Below, piece after piece: positions 18,859-27,080 of a DNA stretch of 64,000 bases (position 1 is the stretch's first letter; each line of letters begins with the position of its first letter). The stretch covers positions 4,739 to 68,738 of the forward strand of contig SVTG01000009.1 of assembly GCA_015063895.1 (NCBI GenBank), in the 5' to 3' direction. The DNA is from Oscillospiraceae bacterium. GTDB taxonomy: Bacteria > Bacillota > Clostridia > Oscillospirales > CAG-272. A model generated the notes under the pieces. The model did no database searches and was not told the DNA's origin. It saw only the letters and a program-made list of their open reading frames with translations. Both the position numbers and the translations under genes were made by a program.

Positions 18859-20460
18859 TTACTGTGCGTCGTCAGCAGCGGGAGCGTCCTCAGCGGGAGC
18901 TTCAGCTACGTCAGCCTCTGCAGCGGCTGCTGCGGCGGCAGCTGCCTTCTTTTTCTTAGGCAGAATGACCACAAATACAACTACTGCGGCACCACCGCCA
19001 AGAACAACAACTGCAGCAACGATAATAATGATAATACCGTACTTCTCAAAGAAGGTTTCTTCTTCCTCTTCCTTCTTGTTTGCATTGTTGAAGCGGTTTG
19101 CGATATCTTCCTGAGACTCGAACTCGATCGGGCCCTTATCAGCCTCTTCGCGGCCTGCAGCACCGTCGTCTACGTAACCAAGACGCTCAATGTATGCATC
19201 GATCACTGCCTGAACCTTAGCGTTATCAGCAGCACCGGAGGTCTTCAAAGAATCAGGTGCATTCGCATGACCGGGGTTCAGCATAGCCCACTGCCATACA
19301 GGCATCGTGCCGGGCGTCGTATCAGCAGCGCTCCAGTTGATGACACCGGTCTCCATGTAGGAGCCTACCATCCCTGCAGCATAGTAATCCGTAGGCTGAG
19401 CTGCGTCCTCATCAAGGAACTTGTCATATGCGTTAGCAATGTAAGGAGCCTTATTAGCAAGCGTGAAGACTGCAGCTGCATCAGACTTAGCACCTGCATA
19501 GTCGTTGAGAATATCACTCTTGAACTCGTCGTCTTCGGCAAAGAGAGCGCCAAAGCGAGTCAAGCTGTAGATCTTAGAGTTCAGCGCACCGCTCTCAAGA
19601 GCTACGTCGAAATCAACATCCCAGTTATTCTGAGCAAGAGCATAGATGTAACTGTAATCCTTCTCGTTGTAGGTGGGCATATCGGTCAGCGAGAACATAT
19701 TGTAGGCAGGGTTGCCGTTCACGATAGCATTAATGCCGTCGTCGTAAATAAAGGTATCACCCCAGCCCCATACCATGATGATCTGGTAGTTTGCATACTC
19801 AGAGGCAGGCATATCGGGGTAGAAGTTCTTCAGGAATGCGTTTCTGGGCTTGAAGTTGAAGTCAGCGGCATACTCGCTGCTCATCCAGTCGATCGTCTTC
19901 TCGTTGATGAACCAAACAATTGCGTTTTTGCCGCTCTCAAGCGTCATGTTAACACCATCATTGGTCAGGAAATTGAAGGTGGTATCGTTGGTGATACCGT
20001 TGGAAAGATCGCTGTCAGAATCGGTAAACTTACCGTACTTATCAGCCACTGCATCCTCAATGATCTTACCGGGAAGAAGGTCAACCTTGGAGATGAACTT
20101 CTTATCGCGTGCCCAGTAGAGATAGAAGGGCGTGCCACTACCCCAAGGATCAAGCTTGGCATAGGGGGATTCGTCTGCTGCGGGTTCAGAAAATTCCACA
20201 GCACGCAGAATGCTGATCGTGGAGAGGTCAATAGCGGTATCGCCGTTGTTATAGATCTCCATGAAGTCAAGCGCGTGGCTATTGGTTCCGGTTGCGCCTA
20301 CATACTTGAAAACGTGCGTATAGGCTGCGATCTCGGAAATGAAGAGTGAGGGGGCATCAGTCTTAGTAGAACCGTCGTACGTTGCGGCAGAGGCAGGCAG
20401 AGTTGCCAGCACGGACGCAAGCATAAGAACAGTCAGAAGAACTGCAATAATTTTACGCAT
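18859..20460 (-). CDS. Secreted surface protein with lamin-tail-like N-domain and C-terminal TM anchor
   Basis: Signal peptide MRKIIAVLL..ASA; LFISEI..DFMEIYNNGDTAIDLS; C-terminal TM plus KKKK and an Ala/acidic tail. Confidence 0.6.
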   Translation of the reverse strand: MRKIIAVLLTVLMLASVLATLPASAATYDGSTKTDAPSLFISEIAAYTHVFKYVGATGTNSHALDFMEIYNNGDTAIDLSTISILRAVEFSEPAADESPYAKLDPWGSGTPFYLYWARDKKFISKVDLLPGKIIEDAVADKYGKFTDSDSDLSNGITNDTTFNFLTNDGVNMTLESGKNAIVWFINEKTIDWMSSEYAADFNFKPRNAFLKNFYPDMPASEYANYQIIMVWGWGDTFIYDDGINAIVNGNPAYNMFSLTDMPTYNEKDYSYIYALAQNNWDVDFDVALESGALNSKIYSLTRFGALFAEDDEFKSDILNDYAGAKSDAAAVFTLANKAPYIANAYDKFLDEDAAQPTDYYAAGMVGSYMETGVINWSAADTTPGTMPVWQWAMLNPGHANAPDSLKTSGAADNAKVQAVIDAYIERLGYVDDGAAGREEADKGPIEFESQEDIANRFNNANKKEEEEETFFEKYGIIIIIVAAVVVLGGGAAVVVFVVILPKKKKAAAAAAAAAEADVAEAPAEDAPAADDAQ

Positions 20461-20610
20461 GGTTAGCACCTTCCTTTTAATATTGGTACACCCATTATAA
20501 TACAATTTCTGCTTTTTGTCAATAAGTTTTTTTAAAAATAGAGCAGTTTTTTTGTGCATTTTAATTAATTATAATAAATTTAAAACGCGCACACGCGCGC
20601 CGCGCGCCCG

Positions 20611-22137
20611 TTAGACCTCCGACGGCAGCATGAGATACCTCGTTTGCCCCCACACGTTAGGATCGCACAAGGCAGAGCTTTCCAGCCCGTTTGCGTTAGC
20701 GAGCGCCTCGGGCGGTAAAGCAAATCGCCGCGAAATTTCCCAAAGCGTTTCACCCTTTGCGGGATAGTAAAATTCAAGATCGCAAGCCCCATCGTTTTGC
20801 ACAGGAGAAAAGCACACCTCCTGCACAGGTGCAAAGCTGACGGAAGCACCACCGAGAATAGAAACAGCCAATTCGGGCATCAGACGCACGATCCCCTGCT
20901 CTTGCTGTACACGGCAAAGCGGCACCGAAGCAAGAACCGAGAACGCTTCTGCCTCACCCTCAAACGCAACGCAAAACGGAATTTTAGCTTCACCTACGCC
21001 CCATTCCTCTCCTGCGTGGTAAAGCAAATGACAATGTACGCTGCCCCTGATGCTCACCTGCCCTGCATCAGCATTCCTTTCGCCGATCTCAGCGTCGGCA
21101 CAGACATCCACCACAATAGCGCCCGACGGCAGCCCGATCTCCGACAGCGTCGGTGTAGCGCTAAGGCTGTAATTCTGATTTTTGCAAACCGTTGGCACCC
21201 AATTTTTCTGGGGTGTCGTGCGGCACTCACTCTGCATATGGGGCAGGAATAGATCCTTTACAAAGGGCACCGTTTCGTGGCCTGCGGCCTCCGCCTGCAA
21301 TACCGCACCGACCGAAAGTGAAATACGGTTGCCTTCAACCGTTGTGCGCAGCTCCTCAACCGTACCGACAGCACGCGCCATATCCTCACCGCACACGCCC
21401 TCCAGCGACAACAAGGTCGTAAAGGGTAAGGAGCGCGTCACAGCAACGGGCAAGCTTCCACCGGTCTCCTTTGCTTGCTCGCCCTCCTCGCAGCAAAGCA
21501 AGCTCACCACCACCTCGCCGCGGCAACGGATACCGTCGTGCGTTGCCGTGACCTCAGGCAAAAAAACCTCACCGCGCGCAAGGATCACCTGCGGCGCCTT
21601 GAGGTGCGTATCAAAGCTTTCCTGCAATTCAAGCGTATCGCTCACCGTAGCAAAGTGTCGGCCACACTCCACGGCATCGCCCAATACGCACACCTGCTCC
21701 TGCTCCTCGGGTGAAAGCGTAACACCCACAGGTCTGCTCCGATACTCTCCTACCTGCGCCTGCACACGGCAGCGCACCGCAAGACGGCGCGGCGCTATCA
21801 CGCGACCGACCACAACGTCGGGCACCAAAAACGCACACGGCTCCGCCCCTTCCCCCTGTAGCGGCACGGAAAAGGTGTAGGTATCCTCCATATCGGTATG
21901 GTACAGCTTCCCATCCGCCCCCGCATACAGCACGTCATAGCAAACGCGTCCCGAGAACTCGGCATTTCCGCCACTGATAAAGCGCCGCGGCGGCAATACA
22001 CGCGGCCACACACGAAGCAAACGGCTGATCTCGCCCAGATAATCAGGCACGGATATCTCGCTGTTTTGCTCAAAATTTACACTTTGCGTATTCATTTGTG
22101 CCTGCGTGCACCAAAACTTGTCTTCACGTTGTTCCAT
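20611..22137 (-). CDS. SPOCS (DUF3794) plus LysM spore coat morphogenetic protein (SipL-like)
   Basis: ISVPDYLGEISRLL, YDVLY repeats; C-terminal LysM YYPAKGETLWEISRRF..LANANGL. Confidence 0.7.
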   Translation of the reverse strand: MEQREDKFWCTQAQMNTQSVNFEQNSEISVPDYLGEISRLLRVWPRVLPPRRFISGGNAEFSGRVCYDVLYAGADGKLYHTDMEDTYTFSVPLQGEGAEPCAFLVPDVVVGRVIAPRRLAVRCRVQAQVGEYRSRPVGVTLSPEEQEQVCVLGDAVECGRHFATVSDTLELQESFDTHLKAPQVILARGEVFLPEVTATHDGIRCRGEVVVSLLCCEEGEQAKETGGSLPVAVTRSLPFTTLLSLEGVCGEDMARAVGTVEELRTTVEGNRISLSVGAVLQAEAAGHETVPFVKDLFLPHMQSECRTTPQKNWVPTVCKNQNYSLSATPTLSEIGLPSGAIVVDVCADAEIGERNADAGQVSIRGSVHCHLLYHAGEEWGVGEAKIPFCVAFEGEAEAFSVLASVPLCRVQQEQGIVRLMPELAVSILGGASVSFAPVQEVCFSPVQNDGACDLEFYYPAKGETLWEISRRFALPPEALANANGLESSALCDPNVWGQTRYLMLPSEV

Positions 22138-22166
22138 ATTCCCTCTCCTTTTTTGGAAGTCGTTTT

Positions 22167-22195
22167 ATTGTATGCTTTCAAGGATCGGAATATGA
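22167..22195 (-). promoter_or_regulatory. SigE-type mother-cell promoter
   Basis: The minus strand reads TCATATT-N14-CATACAAT. Confidence 0.7.
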
Positions 22196-22213
22196 ACAAG
22201 CCCGCCAAAGCAC

Positions 22214-22287
22214 CCCTTCGGTCAGCTTCTCTTGCCGCACCATGATAAAGCGGGGTTGTTTTGAAAACAGCAGCGGCAAGGGTTCGA
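22214..22287 (+). repeat. 74-bp direct repeat, copy A
   Basis: Identical to 22710-22783. Confidence 0.9.
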
Positions 22288-22290
22288 TCC

Positions 22291-22573
22291 GTAGCCGCAC
22301 GGGAGTCGAACCCACAAGCCCTGCGGCAATAAATTTTCGCGTCTTTTGACGCGTCAAGGCTTGAAAAGTCCGCACTTGTCTGCACCTTGCCACGGCAAAA
22401 TCCATCAAAAATTGATTTGCCACAGGGTGCCTTTGGCAGTCCCACAGGAATAGATTTTTTGCAAGACAAGTTGAGTTTTTTGAGAAATATGCAGATATTT
22501 AAGAAAAACTTAATGAAGTATTGCGGAAAATATATCCTGTCGGACCTTATGTGTTCGATTCCCGTGCGGCTAC
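22291..22573 (-). mobile_element. MITE/REPIN-like non-autonomous element, copy 2 (inverted)
   Basis: Reverse complement of 17439-17720 with 5 substitutions and 1 indel by my count; sits at the GTAC that is uninterrupted in the sister repeat (22788-22791). Confidence 0.75.
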
Positions 22574-22627
22574 CCACACCATACGAAAAGGGCCCCCATT
22601 CGGGAGCCTGCCGCGATGACAGGGGTC

Positions 22628-22701
22628 GTTGTCCTCGGCTTTGCCGAGCACATCAACACACCGTTACACGGAGGTTGCGTTGTCCTCGGCTTGCCGAGCA
22701 C
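22628..22701 (+). repeat. Two copies of a small hairpin repeat
   Basis: GTTGTCCTCGGCTT(T)GCCGAGCAC at about 22628 and 22678. Confidence 0.7.
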
Positions 22702-22709
22702 TGAAGCAG

Positions 22710-22783
22710 CCCTTCGGTCAGCTTCTCTTGCCGCACCATGATAAAGCGGGGTTGTTTTGAAAACAGCAGCGGCAAGGGTTCGA
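22710..22783 (+). repeat. 74-bp direct repeat, copy B
   Basis: Identical to 22214-22287. Confidence 0.9.
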
Positions 22784-22835
22784 GGCCGTACCCACACCAT
22801 ACGAAAAGGGCCCCCGTTCGGGAGCCCTTTTCGTA

Positions 22836-22920
22836 TGGTGCGGGTGACAGGGGTCGAACCTGCACGCCTCACGGCGTAAGATCCTAAATCTTATGCGTAT
22901 GCCAATTTCGCCACACCCGC
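22836..22920 (-). tRNA. tRNA-Leu(TAG)
   Basis: GCGGGTGTGGCGAAATTGGCATACGCA-TAAGA-TTTAGGA-TCTTA-long variable arm-GCAGGTTCGACCCCTGT-CACCCGCACCA, 85 nt. Confidence 0.95.
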
Positions 22921-23051
22921 GAATTTCTTGAGCGGTGTGTGGCGAAATGGGTTCGCACACACCCGCAAATGTTATGAGTGGTGTGTGGCGAAATGGATTC
23001 GCACACACCCGCGAATTTTTGAGCGGTGTGCTGCAAAATTTATTCACACAC
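22915..23051. repeat. Three tandem 46-bp hairpin units upstream of tRNA-Leu
   Basis: ACCCGC..GAG(C/T)GGTGTGTGGCGAAATGG(G/A)TTCGCACAC units start at 22915, 22961 and 23007 (third degenerate). Confidence 0.85.
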
Positions 23052-23204
23052 GGCTTCTCGCGGGAGTTATCATAGCACAAATACAAAAATTTGTCAAGAC
23101 TTCTTACACAAAAGCAACGAATACCCTTTGACAAAACTGTATTCGAGTGCTATAATAAACGTAACAACACACGCGCCCCAAGGGGAACGCACAAGGAGGC
23201 ACTT

Positions 23205-23828
23205 ATGACAAACTTCACCGTAACGATCTCGCGCGGCTTCGGCAGTGGCGGACGCACCATCGGCAAAATGCTGGCGGAGCGACTCGGCATCCATTTTTAC
23301 GACCGCGAAATTATGGAGCTCGCCTCCGAGAAAAGCGGCATCAGCCTTGATCTGTTTGACAAGGCCGACGAAGCGGGAAAAGTCGCGTTCTTCAAGCGCT
23401 ATGACCGCTCTTACGGCAAGCAGATCATTCCGCCCGATCGCGGCGAATTTACCTCTGATGACAACCTTTTCAACTTCCAAGCAAAGGTTATCAAGGAGGT
23501 AGCCGATCGGGAGGACTGCGTGATCGTAGGGCGTTGTGCCGACCACGTACTGGCAGACAAGAAAAACGTGCTTCGTATTTTCATTTACTCCTCAATGGAT
23601 TTTTGCATTGACAAGGTCGTTGAGCTTTACGGTCTTTCCCGCAAGGAAGCCGAGCGTAAGATCGAGAAGATCGACCGCGCACGCAGCACCTATTACCGCT
23701 ACTACACAGGCAGCGATTGGGATAATGCACGCAATTACGATCTGTGCCTGAACACCGAGGAGCTGGGCTTTGAGCGCTGCGTTGATATCATCGAATATTA
23801 CGTAAATCTTCTCTATCGCAATAAATAA
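23205..23828 (+). CDS. Cytidylate kinase-like family protein
   Basis: TISRGFGSGGRTIG P-loop, CVIVGRCAD, YDLCLN. Confidence 0.85.
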   Translation: MTNFTVTISRGFGSGGRTIGKMLAERLGIHFYDREIMELASEKSGISLDLFDKADEAGKVAFFKRYDRSYGKQIIPPDRGEFTSDDNLFNFQAKVIKEVADREDCVIVGRCADHVLADKKNVLRIFIYSSMDFCIDKVVELYGLSRKEAERKIEKIDRARSTYYRYYTGSDWDNARNYDLCLNTEELGFERCVDIIEYYVNLLYRNK

Positions 23829-23868
23829 TTCTGAAGGTGCGCCGCTGATTTTCAGCGGCGCGCCTTTT

Positions 23869-24438
23869 TTACAGTGGGCTCGGCAGCACGCGCCCCGCCA
23901 GCAGATCGGCGTAACAATCGGGCACGCTTACGGGCACACGCACGCCGACAATATGCAAATAGCGCGCTGTGGCATAATTATAGTCGCGAAGTGGCCTATC
24001 AAAGGTATCAATCGAGTGCGCCGCCACCAGCGGCTCACCGTCCGCAAACCCCGTAACCAAGAGCGTATGATAATAATCGCCCGCGGTATTTGCCAGCTGG
24101 ATCACATCCCCCGTCATCAGCTCACCCTGCGACACTGCACGCCCGAACGGGCCTGTGTTGCCCCCTGCCTCCACAAAGCGCGGTGCCTCAGTCATATACT
24201 CCCAAAAAAATTCCACACTCGTCCACGAGGGCGCGCGATCCTCAGCGCTGCGATAATACCACCCGAAATCGGGTGTGCCGTTCATCACACAGCTGCCCGC
24301 CAGCAATGCCTGCGACACAAAATTGGTGCAGTCACCGCCGACGCCCGTGAAATTATAAAAAAGCGGATTGCGTGAAAAGGCATAGCGACGTGCATAAGCA
24401 ACAGCGCGGGTGCGGTCATAAGCTTTGTATGCGATCAT
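23869..24438 (-). CDS. Amidase_6 domain protein
   Basis: YDRTRAVAYA, GGDCTNFVSQAL, GDVIQL, YHTLLV, AAHS. Confidence 0.85.
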   Translation of the reverse strand: MIAYKAYDRTRAVAYARRYAFSRNPLFYNFTGVGGDCTNFVSQALLAGSCVMNGTPDFGWYYRSAEDRAPSWTSVEFFWEYMTEAPRFVEAGGNTGPFGRAVSQGELMTGDVIQLANTAGDYYHTLLVTGFADGEPLVAAHSIDTFDRPLRDYNYATARYLHIVGVRVPVSVPDCYADLLAGRVLPSPL

Positions 24439-24507
24439 ATCATCACCTCGCTTTCAGTATATAGCAAAAAAGGCATTGGCGCCACGCGCCAATGCCTTTT
24501 TATCTGC

Positions 24508-26013
24508 TTATTGAGCAGCACCAACACTTTCCATCAAATGGGCAATGTCAACGTCGTGGAAGCGCTCGGCCAGCTTTTCCATCACGTCCTCCACCGTCAG
24601 GCTTTGCAGCTCCTCGGGCGTGAAGTGATCAGCCACGGCCTCGGCTACCAGCTGTGTACTTGCCTCGCTGACATCAATATCATGCGCTTCAAACACCACG
24701 GCCAGATCCTCGGTAAGTGCCTCAGTATCAAGCGTTCCCTCTGGTGTGACCTCCACGTTTTTCAGCGCCTCACTCATTTCCTCCAGCAGCTCACCGTGAG
24801 AGGTAAGCATATCCTCGGGCAAGCCGACGGCTTTGAGGACCGCGCGCATACCGACGTCAAGCAGCGCCGCACCTACGGGCTCCATGCGGGGATGTGTTTC
24901 AAGCAATTCCTGTACGTCACCCAAAAAATCGGTATCTGTGATCAGTGCCGCCATCTGCTCCTCACTCTCGGCATTTTTCAGGCCTGCAAACAGCTCGTGT
25001 CTGACTATAATGGCAAACACGTCGGCAAAAAAGTCAAGATCCTCGTCAATATTATCCGGTGTAGAGGTGGAAAATACCACCAAAAATGCATCAAACAGCA
25101 ATGCACCGCTCTCCCCGATCTCTGGTGCCGCCATGCCAAGGAAGGTCTGGTCTGCCAACCAATGGTTAGAGGCTGTATTCAGCACGCCCGAGCAAAGCAC
25201 AGACAGCATCTGCGATTTGCCCACGTCCTGTGCAATGGCATCAACGGCAGCGCATTCGGCATTACCGTACGCCTCCACGGATTTTCCGCCAAGCGTCTGA
25301 ACCTGGATCACGATATCACCAAGCACGTCGATCTCTTCGCGCAGCAGGATCTTTTCCTCCTGCCATTTTCCACCCGTAAGACCGTCAAAAAGCTTATCAC
25401 CGATCAGTGAATATACACCCGACAGCACGGGAGTCTCATTCACAGGGGCAATAAAATCGTTATGATAGGTCTGCACAGTCTGAGATAGCTCTGTGGTCGT
25501 TTCGGCCTCACCGGATTTAACAGCAAAGTCAGCAAACAGATCGGTATATCCGAACACGGGCGTTACAAACACAAGAATACCCACGAGCGCAATGACAAGG
25601 CCGAGCGGCACACCGAGAAAATGGCTGGCCGCACTATCGCGGTGCCAGGGGCGGGTCACGCCGCACAAAATCCAATAAATAAAGATCAGCACGCCCTTAA
25701 GGACAATGTAAAGCAACAAAAAGAGCACAGGCGCCACCAGCATTTTCACGATCGTCGAGATCGCATCACCGGCCGCGATCTCACCGCTGAACAGCGGTGC
25801 AAAATTGGGATCGCCGCCAAGCGTTGCTTCCATCCACAGCACGATCTCGCGCCCCATTGAGCCTGCGATCGCACGTGCCATGAAGAAGGAGGCCACCGCT
25901 GCCACCAGGACCGTGATCAAGCGCAGCAGACTTTTGCGAAAACCGCGCGTGAAGGAAATAAAAATGTTGAATATCAAAATAAAGGCCGCAATACCAAGGC
26001 AAATCAGTTCCAT
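24508..26013 (-). CDS. Hypothetical membrane protein (CvpA-like N-terminal TM bundle)
   Basis: RGFRKSLLRL plus 4 TMs, followed by an acidic helical domain. Confidence 0.55.
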   Translation of the reverse strand: MELICLGIAAFILIFNIFISFTRGFRKSLLRLITVLVAAVASFFMARAIAGSMGREIVLWMEATLGGDPNFAPLFSGEIAAGDAISTIVKMLVAPVLFLLLYIVLKGVLIFIYWILCGVTRPWHRDSAASHFLGVPLGLVIALVGILVFVTPVFGYTDLFADFAVKSGEAETTTELSQTVQTYHNDFIAPVNETPVLSGVYSLIGDKLFDGLTGGKWQEEKILLREEIDVLGDIVIQVQTLGGKSVEAYGNAECAAVDAIAQDVGKSQMLSVLCSGVLNTASNHWLADQTFLGMAAPEIGESGALLFDAFLVVFSTSTPDNIDEDLDFFADVFAIIVRHELFAGLKNAESEEQMAALITDTDFLGDVQELLETHPRMEPVGAALLDVGMRAVLKAVGLPEDMLTSHGELLEEMSEALKNVEVTPEGTLDTEALTEDLAVVFEAHDIDVSEASTQLVAEAVADHFTPEELQSLTVEDVMEKLAERFHDVDIAHLMESVGAAQ

Positions 26014-26149
26014 ACCGTACCTCCAAATAAGTGATCACACCGTAAGCTTTATATGTATTGCCATTATACTCCTTTTTTGGCACTTTGTCAAGAAGTGCAC
26101 AGGAACCGCGTTTTCACGTGCGGCATACCCTGAAAAGGAGGTGATGACC

Positions 26150-27043
26150 ATGCATATTTTAGTCCTATACGGCGGCAGCAGTCCCGAGCGTGCCGTTTCG
26201 GTCCGCTCAGCCCAAGCGGTGCTGGGTGCACTTGCCGAAACCAAGCACCAAACGGCCGCGATCGACTATCGCGGCGGCGCGCTTGACACAACATTACTTA
26301 ACGCAGCGCAAAAAGCCGACGCCATATTTCTCTGCTTACACGGCGGCGAAGAGGAGGGTGGAGTGCTGCAAGCACGCTTTGAGCAAGCGGGAATTTATCA
26401 CTACACAGGTTCAGCACCCACAGCGGCGGCGCTGGCACTTGACAAAGCGCGTGCTAAGCATTGCGTAGTAAATGCAGGTGTACCCATTGCCGCAAGCAAG
26501 GTCTGGCTGCCAAATGAACCTGCACCCGATTTTACCCTTCCCGCCGTACTGAAGCCGCTTTGCGGCGGCTCCAGCGTAGGTGTCAAAATAATGGAAAGCG
26601 AGCACGCGCTTGCCGCATGTCGGATCGAAGCCCCGATGCTCCTTGAGGAATATCTTGGCGGACGTGAATACAGCGTGGGCGTCATCGATCACAAAACACT
26701 GCCTGCCGTTGAGCTCAGACCAAAAGGTGGCTTTTACGATTATGCACACAAATACACCCCCGGCGCCACCGACGAGCTTTGCCCCGCGCCGCTCTCAGAC
26801 GAAAAGTCAAGCCAACTTGCCGACCTGGCACTCACAGCCTTTTCGGCTCTTGGTCTGCGTGACGTAGCGCGCATTGATTTCAAGGAAAACGAAGAGGGTA
26901 CTCCATGCTTTTTAGAAGCTAACACCCTCCCCGGTCTTACCGAAACCAGTCTGCTGCCCTTAGCAGCCGGCGTCGCGGGTATAGAGTTCAAGATGCTGTG
27001 CGAAGCCGTATGTCTGCTTGCCGCCGCACGAAAAAAGCTATAA
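26150..27043 (+). CDS. ddl: D-alanine--D-alanine ligase
   Basis: GGSSPERAVS, LHGG, KPxxGGSSVG, FYDYAHKY, RIDF, EANTLPG. Confidence 0.88.
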   Translation: MHILVLYGGSSPERAVSVRSAQAVLGALAETKHQTAAIDYRGGALDTTLLNAAQKADAIFLCLHGGEEEGGVLQARFEQAGIYHYTGSAPTAAALALDKARAKHCVVNAGVPIAASKVWLPNEPAPDFTLPAVLKPLCGGSSVGVKIMESEHALAACRIEAPMLLEEYLGGREYSVGVIDHKTLPAVELRPKGGFYDYAHKYTPGATDELCPAPLSDEKSSQLADLALTAFSALGLRDVARIDFKENEEGTPCFLEANTLPGLTETSLLPLAAGVAGIEFKMLCEAVCLLAAARKKL

Positions 27044-27080
27044 AAACAGCCCTTGGCAAGAAAATGCCAAGGGCTGTTTT
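27042..27080. terminator. Bidirectional terminator
   Basis: AAAACAGCCCTTGGCA/TGCCAAGGGCTGTTTT. Confidence 0.75.

Noticed and set aside
22710-22799. Second tRNA (Ser-TGA-like) on the + strand
   Set aside because: It has a GTTGT-TTTGAAA-ACAGC arm and a GGTTCGA..CCA end, but no valid acceptor stem, D-arm or T-stem; at most tRNA-like.
22915-23051. CRISPR array
   Set aside because: The units are contiguous tandem repeats without unique spacers, are derived from the tRNA end, and there are no cas genes.
26150-27043. Vancomycin-resistance (VanA-type) ligase
   Set aside because: The omega loop reads DYAHKY, as in D-Ala-D-Ala ligases; no vanH, vanX or vanRS nearby.
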